A DNA stretch of 64,000 bases from Bdellovibrionota bacterium (GCA_041740355.1 JBGSMD010000009.1:89060-153059); one strand, 5' to 3'. Counted from the stretch's first letter, positions 8,436 through 19,235 are shown. The notes: generated by a model from the sequence alone, not told the origin. Made by a program: numbers and translations.

Positions 8436-9722
8436 CTAAGATAATTCTAATATCTTTCTTAACAGCTCACTATTGTGCGAATGCCCAGTCATGTTAGCTG
8501 TAATCTTACCCACGATAGGTCGACCAAGAAGATAAATATCTCCGATCATATCTAGAATTTTATGTCGCACGGGCTCATCAGGGAAACGAAGCTCCGAGTT
8601 GATCACGCCATCTTCGCCAATCAACACAAAATTATTAAATCTTCCACCCTGCGCTAACCCTTGTTTCTGAAGATAATCAATATCTTTAACAAAGCCAAAA
8701 GTTCGACAGCTAGCAATTTCCCTTTGATAACTTTCAAAGTTATCCATTTTAAAAATATAATGTTGCTCCCCAATTGGTTGTTGATAATTGAGCGTGTAGT
8801 CAATAATTAATTCTTCTGCTGGCTCTAATCGTATAAAAGCGTCCCCTTTTCGCACTTCTATAGTTTGAGTGACCATTAATTCGGCAATACTTGCTGACTG
8901 TTCTTTAATGCCTACTTCTTGAAACATTTTACAGAATTCAATTGCGGAGCCATCCATAACTGGAACTTCCTCATTACACTTAATTAATAAGTTAGTAATT
9001 CCGGCTGCGTGGAGTGCCGACATTAAATGCTCAATAGTTGACACTTGAGAGTCGGCATTTTTAATTGTCGTAGCGTATCCAGTAGTGCTGACATAGTTAA
9101 CGTGCGCCGGAACAGCCTGCTTACTCCCAGGTCCAGCAAAGTGAATGCCTGAATTTTCTGGTAGTGGTTCCAAAATTAAACCTGATTTGCGACCACTGTG
9201 AACTCCCACTCCATAAAGAATGCTACTGCCTGCTAAAGTTTTCTGAACTCTTTCTTTGCCAACAAAAAAATCATTTTTAAAAACATCACTTGTAATTTGG
9301 CAAGTTTGCAAAGATAGGCTTTCAATTTCAGGAAGATGAACTGAAGAATTACTCTTACTTGTCAAAGCTTTATTAACAACTTGTTGAATAACTAGTAAGT
9401 CTAGGGGCTTTTCAATAAAATCAATGGCTCCTAACTGCGTCGCTTTTACTGCTGTGGAAATAGTAGCGTGGCCACTAATCATTACCACTGGCAAAAGACT
9501 ATCAAGGCTACGAATCTTTTCTAAAGTCTCCATTCCATCCATCCCTGGCAACCAAATATCCAAGAATACTAGTGCCGGAGATTTTTCTTTAATAATTTCA
9601 AGCGCCTGATTGCCATTACTGGCATGACAACAAATCATGCCAAGATCTTCTAGGACATGACTTAAAGTCTCACAAATACTTTTCTCGTCATCGACAATTA
9701 AAGCTAAATTATTGTTGTTCAT
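8436..9722 (-). CDS. lpxC: Receiver domain-LpxC fusion (UDP-3-O-acyl-GlcNAc deacetylase)
   Basis: REC: IVDDE, FLDIWLPGMDG, ISGH, FIEKP. LpxC: GVGVHSG, TIEHLMSAL, EVPVMDGSA, RHKILDMIGD, TGH. ATG at 9722 preferred over TTG at 9734. Confidence 0.93.
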   Translation of the reverse strand: MNNNNLALIVDDEKSICETLSHVLEDLGMICCHASNGNQALEIIKEKSPALVFLDIWLPGMDGMETLEKIRSLDSLLPVVMISGHATISTAVKATQLGAIDFIEKPLDLLVIQQVVNKALTSKSNSSVHLPEIESLSLQTCQITSDVFKNDFFVGKERVQKTLAGSSILYGVGVHSGRKSGLILEPLPENSGIHFAGPGSKQAVPAHVNYVSTTGYATTIKNADSQVSTIEHLMSALHAAGITNLLIKCNEEVPVMDGSAIEFCKMFQEVGIKEQSASIAELMVTQTIEVRKGDAFIRLEPAEELIIDYTLNYQQPIGEQHYIFKMDNFESYQREIASCRTFGFVKDIDYLQKQGLAQGGRFNNFVLIGEDGVINSELRFPDEPVRHKILDMIGDIYLLGRPIVGKITANMTGHSHNSELLRKILELS

Positions 9723-9786
9723 AGTAAATTTCAAAAATTACTTTATTAATATAGTAATTTACGGCGAGTGTGAATATTAGAGCCTT

Positions 9787-9815
9787 GTCCTCCGAAGCCT
9801 TTGCCTAGGAGTGGA
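9787..9815. repeat. REP-like short palindrome
   Basis: GTCCTCCGAAGCCTTTGCCTAGGAGTGGA, related to 11347-11373 and 6960-6986. Confidence 0.55.
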
Positions 9816-9889
9816 TGCAATTTCACACCGCAGTATCAAAATAAAAAGTTATTCATTAAAACTTTAATAAGTACAAATCACTAAGTGAA

Positions 9890-11212
9890 TTACTTCAGGT
9901 CACCAGTAAACACGCGAATAGTTTCTGCCGTGTTAGAAAAAAGTGTCGCCTCACGTCCGGGCCCAACACTAACTAAAGAAACCGGACAAGCAATAATCTC
10001 ACTAACTGTTGCCAAGTAAAGTTTTACCGAGGCTGGTAGCTGATGCCATTTAGTAATTTTCGAAATATCTTCTTCCCAACCTGTGAGTTCAATATATTCA
10101 GGTGTTACTAATGCTAGATCAGCTGCGAGGGATGGAACATCATCTAATTTATGCCCATCTAAATGATAATTAATACAAACTTTAATTTTTTCCATTCCTG
10201 AAAGCACATCAAGCTTTGTCATGGCCAGAGTTTCAATTCCATTTAAACGAACAGCTCGCTTTAAAGCAAATGTATCTAACCAACCACATCGTCTTGGACG
10301 TCCAGTAACTGTTCCAAACTCATGTCCTTTTTGGCGAAGATCTTCACCAGCCTGACCGTGTAGTTCGGTCGGAAATGGACCTTCCCCTACACGCGTAGAA
10401 TAGGCTTTCACTACTCCGAGGATAGTATCAATTGCTTTTGGTCCAACTCCACAACCTATTGTTACAGCACCGGCAATAGTATTAGAAGAAGTAACGTATG
10501 GCACTGTGCCGTGAATTTGATCAAGTAAAGTTCCTTGTGCCCCTTCAAAGACGATTTTTTGTTGATTTTTAATGGCATGATCTAAAATTAAACTTACGTT
10601 CCCAATGAATGGGCAAAGTTCTTTTGCTGCTAACTCAATATCGCTCCAAATTTTTTCAAAACTAATTTCTTCAGGGTAGTCTAAAACGTGTTTCAATGTT
10701 TTGTTAATCTTGATAACTTTTTCTTTAATTCGGGGTTTTAAATCATTTAACTTAAACAATTCAGCTAAACGAACACCGGAACGATCTACACGATCTTCAT
10801 AGCAAGGACCAATCCCTTTGCCTGTAGTTCCAATTTTTTGATCTCCACGACTAATCTCGCGAGCCAAATCTAGTACTCGATGGTAGTCAAGGATTAAATG
10901 TGAATCACGATCAAGTACCAATCTCTCAGGATTAATTTTGTAACCTGCAGCTTGCAGTCCAGTAACTTCCCAGGTAAAGATTTTTGGATCTACAACGCAC
11001 CCAGCTCCAATCAAGCAACAACAGTTGTCTCGCAAAATACCCGATGGGATTAAATTTAATTTGGTTGTCTTTCCTTCCACGACAATAGTGTGTCCGGCAT
11101 TATTTCCACCATGAAAACGAACTACGAAATCGGCCGCCGAAGTTAAGTAATCAACAAGTTTACCTTTACCTTCATCACCCCACTGACATCCAACAACAAC
11201 TAGTGAAGACAT
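9890..11212 (-). CDS. purA: Adenylosuccinate synthetase
   Basis: QWGDEGKGK, GGNNAGHT, EGAQG, TVTGRPRRCGW. Confidence 0.97.
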   Translation of the reverse strand: MSSLVVVGCQWGDEGKGKLVDYLTSAADFVVRFHGGNNAGHTIVVEGKTTKLNLIPSGILRDNCCCLIGAGCVVDPKIFTWEVTGLQAAGYKINPERLVLDRDSHLILDYHRVLDLAREISRGDQKIGTTGKGIGPCYEDRVDRSGVRLAELFKLNDLKPRIKEKVIKINKTLKHVLDYPEEISFEKIWSDIELAAKELCPFIGNVSLILDHAIKNQQKIVFEGAQGTLLDQIHGTVPYVTSSNTIAGAVTIGCGVGPKAIDTILGVVKAYSTRVGEGPFPTELHGQAGEDLRQKGHEFGTVTGRPRRCGWLDTFALKRAVRLNGIETLAMTKLDVLSGMEKIKVCINYHLDGHKLDDVPSLAADLALVTPEYIELTGWEEDISKITKWHQLPASVKLYLATVSEIIACPVSLVSVGPGREATLFSNTAETIRVFTGDLK

Positions 11213-11346
11213 TAATCTTTACCAAAAAATAAAATAAATTATACGAGCTCTATTATTATAGAGAACTACTTCAAACGTTTAGATTTTGAGTAGAGGTCGA
11301 ATTAAAACTTTTGGTAAAAACGCAGGTATACAATATATAGCAGCGT

Positions 11347-11373
11347 GTCCTCCAAAGCTTATGCGATGGAGGA
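11347..11373. repeat. REP-like short palindrome
   Basis: GTCCTCCAAAGCTTATGCGATGGAGGA. Confidence 0.55.
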
Positions 11374-11424
11374 AGTATTTTACCAAGATTTTTCTTTCGA
11401 GATCTGCCAAAAGCTAAGCATATA

Positions 11425-12309
11425 CTATGCCTTTGCGCGAAATGCGAACTGCCAATTAATATCATCATTCACAATTAAACCCAACGGTTCACCATTAAAT
11501 TGATAAATAATCGGCTGATCTGTAGATTCTAAATCCTTAGTAAATTCAACTAAAGCCTGGGGCAAACCATTATGCAACTTTTGCGCTAATTCCTGACTTA
11601 CCTCCATGAAAATAGCATCGGAAAATAGCAAAGTCCAAGGAAAAATATCTGTTAATTGCAGCTCTTCGATTGTCTTGGCGTCCTTAATTAAAAATGGCAA
11701 AGAAGCCTCTCTGCGAAGACTGGCAATTGTACCATAACAACCTAATGCTTCGCCTAGCTCCCGAGCAATCGAGCGAATATAAGTTCCTACTGTTGATTTA
11801 ATCTCAAATTGCAAAAGATTATCAGCAATTAATTCATACTTAAAACTTTTAATATCAATTTGACGTGCTTTAAGTTCTACCGTCTTTCCTTCCCTGGCTA
11901 ATTTATACGCTCTTTTTCCATCAACTTTTAGAGCACTATAGGTTGGAGGCATTTGTGAAATCTTTCCAGTAAATTTTTTATTAATAACAGTTGCAATTTG
12001 ATCCAAATTTGGTCGATTTGTACTTTCTAGAATAACTTCACCTTCTAAATCATCAGTGGTAGTTTGAATTCCAAACTGAATTGTACCTGAATAAATTTTA
12101 TCGTTTTTTTCAACATAGGAAGCAAGTCTAGTTGCACGTCCGGTAAGACAAACAAGTAGCCCGGTAGCTAAAGGGTCAAGTGTCCCACAATGACCAATTT
12201 TATCTAATGATAATTTTCGTTTAAGTTCAAGGATTGCTTTTTGTGAGGTAATCTTTAGTTTCTTATCTAATAAAAAAACTCCTGCCGCTGGCGTTCCGAC
12301 TATAGACAT
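11425..12309 (-). CDS. truB: tRNA pseudouridine(55) synthase
   Basis: GHCGTLDPLATG, PPTYSALK, GTYIRS. Confidence 0.96.
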   Translation of the reverse strand: MSIVGTPAAGVFLLDKKLKITSQKAILELKRKLSLDKIGHCGTLDPLATGLLVCLTGRATRLASYVEKNDKIYSGTIQFGIQTTTDDLEGEVILESTNRPNLDQIATVINKKFTGKISQMPPTYSALKVDGKRAYKLAREGKTVELKARQIDIKSFKYELIADNLLQFEIKSTVGTYIRSIARELGEALGCYGTIASLRREASLPFLIKDAKTIEELQLTDIFPWTLLFSDAIFMEVSQELAQKLHNGLPQALVEFTKDLESTDQPIIYQFNGEPLGLIVNDDINWQFAFRAKA

Positions 12310-13316
12310 TTTTTTGCTCGCAACTCAGCTTCCACTCCGGCAATTAATCCAGCAACAAATTCTGGTAAATCTTTTTTCCACTTTATACCTGAGGCTTGAG
12401 CATGCCCACCTCCACCCAGAGGTTTAGAAATTTGATTCACATCGATCGGATCGATCGATCTTAAACTTGCTTTCCATACTCCTTGGTCTTCGCGAATCGT
12501 AGCCGAAACCTTTACTCCATTAATATTACGATAAAGATCCTTAACATGATGTAGCTCATCATAATTAACATTTAATTCTTCCATCCATTTTTCAGGAATC
12601 ACTAAGTAGGCAAATTGATCATTAAATAACAGATTAACATTTTCGATCATCCGTGATTGTAATTTAAGAATTGCTAAAGATTTTTCTTGAAAAAGTTTCT
12701 GGCTAATTCCTTGTAAATCTGCCCCTGCTTTAACTAATTCTGCTACGGTCAGAAATGTTTCCGAGCCAACGCCTTTGTATTGGAGAGAGCCGGTATCAGA
12801 ATATATCCCGGCAAGTAATAAATTTGCTATTGGTAAATCGATCTCAATTTCCAATGCTTGGATTAATTTAAAGACCATCTCGGAGCAAGAAGATACTTCT
12901 TGAACTAAGTTTGTAAGACCAAAAAATTCATTAGAGACATGGTGATCAATATTTAAGTCCACACCACGAATACTTAGAGCCTCGCAATAGTTTTTGCCCA
13001 GGCGCGCCAGTCCCGAGGAATCAGTTGTGATCACAAAAACTTCAGTGAGATCTGGTAAATCTGTTTTTATTGTATCAATAAATGGTAAGAATCTTAAGTC
13101 TTCAATAATTCCGGTAGCATTCAATGTGACGACGTTTTTATTTAATTTACTTAGTGCTGCAGCTAAGGCTAGGCTCGAACCGTAAGCATCCGGGTCTGGA
13201 CTTTCATGGCTGATCACCACAAAGTTTTTTGCAGCAAGGATTAGCTTAGCTGCATCTTGATAAGAACTACTCGTTGTCCTGCTCGTCATGATTCCTTTCT
13301 TTATCTTTGTCAGCAA
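12300..13316 (-). CDS. nrnA: DHH/DHHA1 nanoRNase / pAp phosphatase (start may be ATG 13289)
   Basis: HESPDPDA, IDHH, DTG, GGGH; position between rbfA and truB. Confidence 0.88.
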   Translation of the reverse strand: MLTKIKKGIMTSRTTSSSYQDAAKLILAAKNFVVISHESPDPDAYGSSLALAAALSKLNKNVVTLNATGIIEDLRFLPFIDTIKTDLPDLTEVFVITTDSSGLARLGKNYCEALSIRGVDLNIDHHVSNEFFGLTNLVQEVSSCSEMVFKLIQALEIEIDLPIANLLLAGIYSDTGSLQYKGVGSETFLTVAELVKAGADLQGISQKLFQEKSLAILKLQSRMIENVNLLFNDQFAYLVIPEKWMEELNVNYDELHHVKDLYRNINGVKVSATIREDQGVWKASLRSIDPIDVNQISKPLGGGGHAQASGIKWKKDLPEFVAGLIAGVEAELRAKKCL

Positions 13317-13644
13317 CCTTATTCATTAGTTGATCTACTTCTGACATCGTTTCCAAAGTATTATCATGAAAGAATCTTAGATTTGGGACAACTCTTAAAG
13401 ATAATTTCTTCCCAAGGGAATTTCGTAGTCGTCCTTTCGCTGCGACTAAGCCTTCAGCAACTTCTTGGTGACGATTATCCCCAAAAACGCTCCAATAGAT
13501 ATTTGCTTCGCGTAGGTCAGAGCTTATTGTGGCTGCTGTTAATGAAACCATTTTGAGACGAGGATCTACCGAACCGATAATCTCCATTGCTAGGATTTCT
13601 CTAATTTGTTCGGCGACCCGATATGCTCTGGGAGTTTTTGTCAT
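13267..13644 (-). CDS. rbfA: Ribosome-binding factor A
   Basis: RVAEQI, DPRL, SDLREA, LRVVPNLRFFHD; follows infB. Confidence 0.95.
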   Translation of the reverse strand: MTKTPRAYRVAEQIREILAMEIIGSVDPRLKMVSLTAATISSDLREANIYWSVFGDNRHQEVAEGLVAAKGRLRNSLGKKLSLRVVPNLRFFHDNTLETMSEVDQLMNKVADKDKERNHDEQDNE

Positions 13645-13650
13645 ATTACC

Positions 13651-16308
13651 TTATGCTAATGTTCTCTGAACTTCTTTAACTCGGTAAACTTCAATCACAT
13701 CCCCTACCTTGATATCATTATAACCTTCGATGGCCATACCACATTCATAACCTGAATTAACTTCTTTCACGTCATCTTTAAAACGACGAAGCGTCTTCAT
13801 GTTTCCTTCATAAATTACAATACTATCACGAAGTAAACGGACTCGAGCACCTCTCTCCACTTTACCATCAGTTACATAACAACCAGCAATAACACCAGCT
13901 TTTGGAACAGAGAAAGTATCACGAACTTCGGCACGAGCTAAACTAACTTCTTGTTTCTCAGGAGATAATAAGCCGGACATTGCTTTTTTAACATCATCAA
14001 TTAGCTCATAAATTACTCGATAGAAACGTACTTCAATTCCTTGACTCTCCGCTTGTTGCATCGCTCTTGGTTCACCACGAACATTGAAACCAACAATGAT
14101 TGTTTTAGAAGCAAGTGCTAGCTGAATATCAGATTCACTAACTCCACCTACTGCTGAGTGTAAGATTTTAACTTTAACTTCTTCTGTTGATAAGCTTTCT
14201 AATGATTGACGAACAGCTTCTAACGAACCATGTACGTCAGCTTTGACAATAACTCGTAGTTCTTCAAAAGCAGCACTGGCAGCTTGTCTAGTGAACTCTT
14301 CAAGGCTGATTGGACCACCAGCTAATTCTAAGTGTAATTTGTCGCGTTGTTTAATAGCACGAAAATTTGCAACTTCTTTAGCTTTCATTTCTGATTCCAT
14401 TACGATGAAATCGTCACCGGCAGCTGGAGTTTCATTAAATCCAGTAATCTCTACAGGAGTCGAAGGAATCGCAGTCTTAATTGGCTTACGAGCATGATCC
14501 ATCATTGACCGAACACGACCTGTGCCAGCGCCTACTAAAAAGAAATCTCCTGTTGTAAGAGTTCCAGCTTGAATCAGAACGGTTGCAACCGTTCCCCGCC
14601 CTTGTTCTTGTTTAACCTCAATAACGGTTCCTTTAACACGACATTCTGGATTAGCTTTTAATTCCTGAACCTCAGCGACAAGCATGATGCTTTCTAACAA
14701 TTCATCCATCCCTGTTCCAACTTTTGCAGAAACTGGCATAAACATTGTGTCTCCACCCCAATCTTCCGGCTGTAGTCCACGCTCTGCTAACTGAGTTTTA
14801 ATTTTTTCCGGATTAGCTTCGGGCTTATCCATTTTATTCATCGCTACGATGATCGGAACGCCGGCTGCTTTGGCGTGATTAAGTGCTTCCAGCGTTTGAG
14901 GCATTACACCATCATCAGCAGCGACAACTAAAATCACTATATCTGTTAAGTTTGCACCACGTGAGCGCATTTCTGTAAACGCCGCGTGACCTGGTGTATC
15001 AATAAATGTAACTATTTTCTTACTTGGAGTTGTAACCTGATAAGCACCGATATGTTGAGTGATACCACCATGCTCTTTCGCAACTACAGCAGATTTTCTT
15101 AAGTAATCTAGAAGTGAAGTTTTACCATGATCAACGTGACCCATAACAGTTACAACCGGTGAACGAGGTACTTGTTTTTCAGGATCATCAATTCCTTCAA
15201 TTTTAATTAAATCTGATTCATCAAATCCCGAGAACTCTAAAGAGAAATCAAATTCAGATGCAACAATTGTGGCCGTGTCTTGATCGATCGGCTGATTGAT
15301 AGTTGCCATCACACCAAGTTCCATTAACTTACCAATGACCTGACCAGTCTTAAGACTCATCTGACCAGCAAGATCCCCTACTGTGATATATTCACCTGGC
15401 ATACGAATTACACGTTTCGAAGCCTTCGTCGCATTTGCAATTACATTATTGCTATCAGAGTTAGAATCATGTCGATCATCACGAGAATTTCTAGCTTTAC
15501 GACGCTTCGTTTCGTAGTCTAATAATTGACCTCGAGAGAATTCTACAACTTTTGATTTCTTATTGGCACCCCCGCGACGTTTGTCAGATTCGTCACTATC
15601 TGGAATGTTTGTAAAATCTACAATTTTGAAACCACCAATTTTCTTGGCGGCTGTACCACCTCGGCGGTTATCCTTGGTCTCCTTTGCATCTCTTTCAGTT
15701 TTAACAACCTTAGAGACAAGTTCCATTTTACCTAAAACTTTTGGACCACTTGCTGGCTGATGAGCACGAGCCACTGAAAAATCAATTGTGGAAAGCTGTT
15801 CAATTTCTTCTACTTGCGGAACAACTTGTTGTTCTTCAAATACTTCATCTGCTTCTTCCTCGATTGCATCTTGAGTCACAACTAGCTCAGGCTTAACAAA
15901 TAAATCATTTGCTTCTGCAATTCGATCCACAGGAAGATTTACTATTGCTTCAGAAGCCACATTTAAATCAATTTGTGGCTCACTTGCTATTTCATCTTGT
16001 TCTACAACAGCAGTGCGACGACGGCGAATAATGTTCCCCTGACGTCTTTCAATTAGAGCGCTTCGCTCACCTGTTTCCGAATCAACATTTACATGGACAG
16101 TTTTTTCAGCAGTGGAATTATCCACGGCATCAGCTCCATCAAGGCCTCCTCGTAAAAATGATCTTCGAATTTGTGTTGTTTCTTCATCGGACAAAGAATT
16201 GGAATGAGACTTAATCCCAGGGATACCCAATTGTTGAGCACGAACGACGACACTTTTATTGTCGAGGCCCAGTTCTTTTGCTAATTCGTAAATTCTAATC
16301 TTGCTCAT
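13651..16308 (-). CDS. infB: Translation initiation factor IF-2
   Basis: RIYELAKEL, GHVDHGKT, DTPGH, NKMD. Confidence 0.98.
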   Translation of the reverse strand: MSKIRIYELAKELGLDNKSVVVRAQQLGIPGIKSHSNSLSDEETTQIRRSFLRGGLDGADAVDNSTAEKTVHVNVDSETGERSALIERRQGNIIRRRRTAVVEQDEIASEPQIDLNVASEAIVNLPVDRIAEANDLFVKPELVVTQDAIEEEADEVFEEQQVVPQVEEIEQLSTIDFSVARAHQPASGPKVLGKMELVSKVVKTERDAKETKDNRRGGTAAKKIGGFKIVDFTNIPDSDESDKRRGGANKKSKVVEFSRGQLLDYETKRRKARNSRDDRHDSNSDSNNVIANATKASKRVIRMPGEYITVGDLAGQMSLKTGQVIGKLMELGVMATINQPIDQDTATIVASEFDFSLEFSGFDESDLIKIEGIDDPEKQVPRSPVVTVMGHVDHGKTSLLDYLRKSAVVAKEHGGITQHIGAYQVTTPSKKIVTFIDTPGHAAFTEMRSRGANLTDIVILVVAADDGVMPQTLEALNHAKAAGVPIIVAMNKMDKPEANPEKIKTQLAERGLQPEDWGGDTMFMPVSAKVGTGMDELLESIMLVAEVQELKANPECRVKGTVIEVKQEQGRGTVATVLIQAGTLTTGDFFLVGAGTGRVRSMMDHARKPIKTAIPSTPVEITGFNETPAAGDDFIVMESEMKAKEVANFRAIKQRDKLHLELAGGPISLEEFTRQAASAAFEELRVIVKADVHGSLEAVRQSLESLSTEEVKVKILHSAVGGVSESDIQLALASKTIIVGFNVRGEPRAMQQAESQGIEVRFYRVIYELIDDVKKAMSGLLSPEKQEVSLARAEVRDTFSVPKAGVIAGCYVTDGKVERGARVRLLRDSIVIYEGNMKTLRRFKDDVKEVNSGYECGMAIEGYNDIKVGDVIEVYRVKEVQRTLA

Positions 16309-16400
16309 TCGTGGTACATTCTAAAACGGGTAGTCGCTAAACGAAAATAATTCCAACTGGCAGAAGATCACTCATAATGATTTCTGAACTCCAAGGATTT

Positions 16401-16519
16401 TACTCACCGCTTTTCATTTTTGATAAAAAATGAAAATAAGGTGCGTGAGCAAAATCCTGTTACAAACAAGTTTTGCCGTAGAAAATAATATTAAACCCAA
16501 CGCAAATTAGCGGTGAGTA
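16401..16519. mobile_element. MITE-like element with 11-bp terminal inverted repeats, inside the nusA-infB operon
   Basis: TACTCACCGCT...AGCGGTGAGTA; core similar to 6851-6935. Confidence 0.6.
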
Positions 16520-16602
16520 TAGGTTTTGCCTTCTACGGCATAATCCTGGCTATAGCTAAGATTATGCTCTCCCTCCGCAAATTTCATCGGCGGAAGGTTT
16601 AA

Positions 16603-16881
16603 TTATTTATCCTGCAACTCTCCCAAAACATGGTCTAAAACTTTATTCAGATTAACATAATCAATTACCTGCTCTGAACTTAGTCTAAAAGCTCGTCGCC
16701 AAATTTTCACCTGACGAGCTTGCTCAATAACTTCAACTTTTGCCTGCAAATAGGCACCCCTTCCCAGCAATTTATGCTGAGAATCCCAAACTACCGAATC
16801 CTGCACCTTAACAAAACGCAGTAATGTTTGAGCTTCGTGTCTTGTTCGTCGAACTAAACACTGTCGTATCGGATTGCTCAC
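16603..16881 (-). CDS. ylxR: YlxR/DUF448 RNA-binding protein
   Basis: PIRQC, LLRFV, GRGAY; between nusA and infB. Confidence 0.85.
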   Translation of the reverse strand: MSNPIRQCLVRRTRHEAQTLLRFVKVQDSVVWDSQHKLLGRGAYLQAKVEVIEQARQVKIWRRAFRLSSEQVIDYVNLNKVLDHVLGELQDK

Positions 16882-18350
16882 TAATTAGCTTCTTGTCTAC
16901 TAGAGAAAAAGCTATTTACAGCAGTCTTCACAATCTCAATTTCTTCTTCCGTCAGTATAGATAATTCATTCAACACATTTTCATCAATTACGGCTAATTG
17001 CTGAATGTTGCGAATGCCCGACTCTAATAATTTATTCTTTAAATCTGGTAACAAATATAAAGACTCTAAGTCGCTAGTGATTGAAGTGTCTTCAGCGGCC
17101 GGAGTTACTTCAACAAGGTCAGCAATTTCTTGCGCCCCTTTGATAGCACTCTCAGCACTTTCCGCATCAAAGCCATCTACTTCCATCAGCTCTTCCACTG
17201 ATAGATTAGCGATCTCGGAAACATTCCGGTAACCAGCCTGATACAATAACTCGGCATGAGTAAATTGGATATTTGGAATCGCTTCCAGCTGTTGTCTGCT
17301 ACGCTTAGCTTCATCTTCCGCGACAGAAACACTGCGCACGTCAATCTGCCAGCCAGTAAGTTTACAGGCAAGCTTAACGTTTTGGCCACCACGACCAATT
17401 GCATAAGAAAGCTGATCATCGGGGACAATTACCTGCATCGAGTGCTGATCTTCATTTAATAAAACACGACTAACTTCTGCTGGAGAAAGTGAACGGGCAA
17501 CAAATGATGGTGCATCACCCGACCATGGAATAATATCAATTTTCTCACCACGAAGTTCTTGCACGATAGCATGAACACGAGAACCTTTAATTCCAACGCA
17601 GGCACCAACTGGATCTAAATTATGATCCGTGGAATAAACTGACATTTTAGCGCGAACACCTGGATCACGAGCAGCCCCTTTAATTTCGATTGTTCCCTCT
17701 TGTATTTCTGGAACTTCCTCACGAAATAACTTAATTAAAAAATCTGGATGACTACGAGTTAAAATAATTTGTGGCCCACGGCGTGTTGGATCAACGTCCA
17801 AAATCATACTGCGAACACGATCACCTTGGCGATACTTCTCACGAGGAATTTGCTCACGCTTAGGAACGATAGCCTCTGTTCTTCCCAGATTTACAATTAA
17901 ATCACCGCGATCATAACGTTGAACAATACCATTAACTAAATCGCCTTTGGCGTTTTTGAATTCTTCAAAAATTGCCCCACGTTCAGCATTACGAACTTTT
18001 TGTACAATTACTTGCTTTGCTGTTTGCGCCGCAATACGTCCAAGAACTTCGGTATCAAGTTTCTTACCAAGTTCGTCCCCGACCATAGCATCTGGATCGT
18101 ATTCTTTACGGGCATCAGCAACTGAAATTTGTGTTGAGGCATCCTCTACATTATCTACCACGATTTTAAACTGTAACAACTCAATGATACCAGTTTCCTC
18201 GTCGAACTGTGTTTCTAAATTTAGGTTGTGTCCATAGTGCTTACGAGCAGCAGACAACATTGCTGATTCGATAGCTTCAACTAGAACAGCTTTATCAATC
18301 CCTTTATCGCGACCGATTTGATTTAAGATAGCATTAAGATCAAATGACAT
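16881..18350 (-). CDS. nusA: Transcription termination/antitermination factor NusA with C-terminal HhH repeats
   Basis: GRIAAQTAKQ, DPVGACVG, AIGRGGQNV; likely start MSFDLN at 18350. Confidence 0.97.
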   Translation of the reverse strand: MSFDLNAILNQIGRDKGIDKAVLVEAIESAMLSAARKHYGHNLNLETQFDEETGIIELLQFKIVVDNVEDASTQISVADARKEYDPDAMVGDELGKKLDTEVLGRIAAQTAKQVIVQKVRNAERGAIFEEFKNAKGDLVNGIVQRYDRGDLIVNLGRTEAIVPKREQIPREKYRQGDRVRSMILDVDPTRRGPQIILTRSHPDFLIKLFREEVPEIQEGTIEIKGAARDPGVRAKMSVYSTDHNLDPVGACVGIKGSRVHAIVQELRGEKIDIIPWSGDAPSFVARSLSPAEVSRVLLNEDQHSMQVIVPDDQLSYAIGRGGQNVKLACKLTGWQIDVRSVSVAEDEAKRSRQQLEAIPNIQFTHAELLYQAGYRNVSEIANLSVEELMEVDGFDAESAESAIKGAQEIADLVEVTPAAEDTSITSDLESLYLLPDLKNKLLESGIRNIQQLAVIDENVLNELSILTEEEIEIVKTAVNSFFSSRQEAN

Positions 18351-18372
18351 AGTATTTACCAAAAACAATCTG

Positions 18373-18828
18373 TTAAAATTTAAAATCAACCTTCGCTGAT
18401 TTCACATCGTTAATTTCAAAACTTATTAATTCAGAAGTGGTTTCTTCCTGAACCTTTCCTGTAGAGGACTCAAAACTTTGAAGGATCCCTAAAATAGTTT
18501 TACCTGCATGTGGTCCAAACTTTAAGACAAGCTTAATACGTTCACCAACTGCACCTTCAAAATGCTCCGACTTCTTTAGCTTTCTTTCGATGCCTGGGCT
18601 AGACACTTCTAGACCTTGATTCTCAAAAAAAGTCACTAATTGCTCGTGCCTCCGAATTAAACGGTGAACATGGGCACATTCATCTACAATAATTTTCCCA
18701 TCCTGCTTAGTTACAAAAACCTGAACTGTTGCTGTACGCGTCGGTGCAAACTCTAGCTCATAAAGCTTCAAGCCAATTCCTAGGACAATTTCTTCAACAA
18801 TTTTAGTTACTTCTGCTTTACTTAGCAT
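18373..18828 (-). CDS. rimP: Ribosome maturation factor RimP
   Basis: LEVSSPGIER; first gene of the nusA operon. Confidence 0.93.
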   Translation of the reverse strand: MLSKAEVTKIVEEIVLGIGLKLYELEFAPTRTATVQVFVTKQDGKIIVDECAHVHRLIRRHEQLVTFFENQGLEVSSPGIERKLKKSEHFEGAVGERIKLVLKFGPHAGKTILGILQSFESSTGKVQEETTSELISFEINDVKSAKVDFKF

Positions 18829-19235
18829 ACACCTCTATAATTCTCTCTTCGTAGTCGACCAAGTTTACACAATAACAAGTTGTAAAAATATTGCAGTTAA
18901 CTTTAGAATCAAAGCACCACAAACCTTGAAGAGGTGAAATATATAACAAATATAGAGAATTAATTCAAATCAAAATCAAATTAAACTAGAGTCTTAATTT
19001 TGAGCTTTAAAACGCTTAACGTAGTTATTTCCCTAGAATATAGTGCAATCCATAATCCTGGGAAGAAAAAGTAGGAATTTTAATACTTTTACCTTTCAAT
19101 GTTAAAGAAAATTTGGTTTAAAAATTACAATTTTATTGAATAAAATTGATTAAGAAATTAGCTAATGATAAGTTGTTAACCTTACAAAGTTCAGATTCTG
19201 TTGACTTTTCCAAATTCCAACTTGAGATTACAAAT

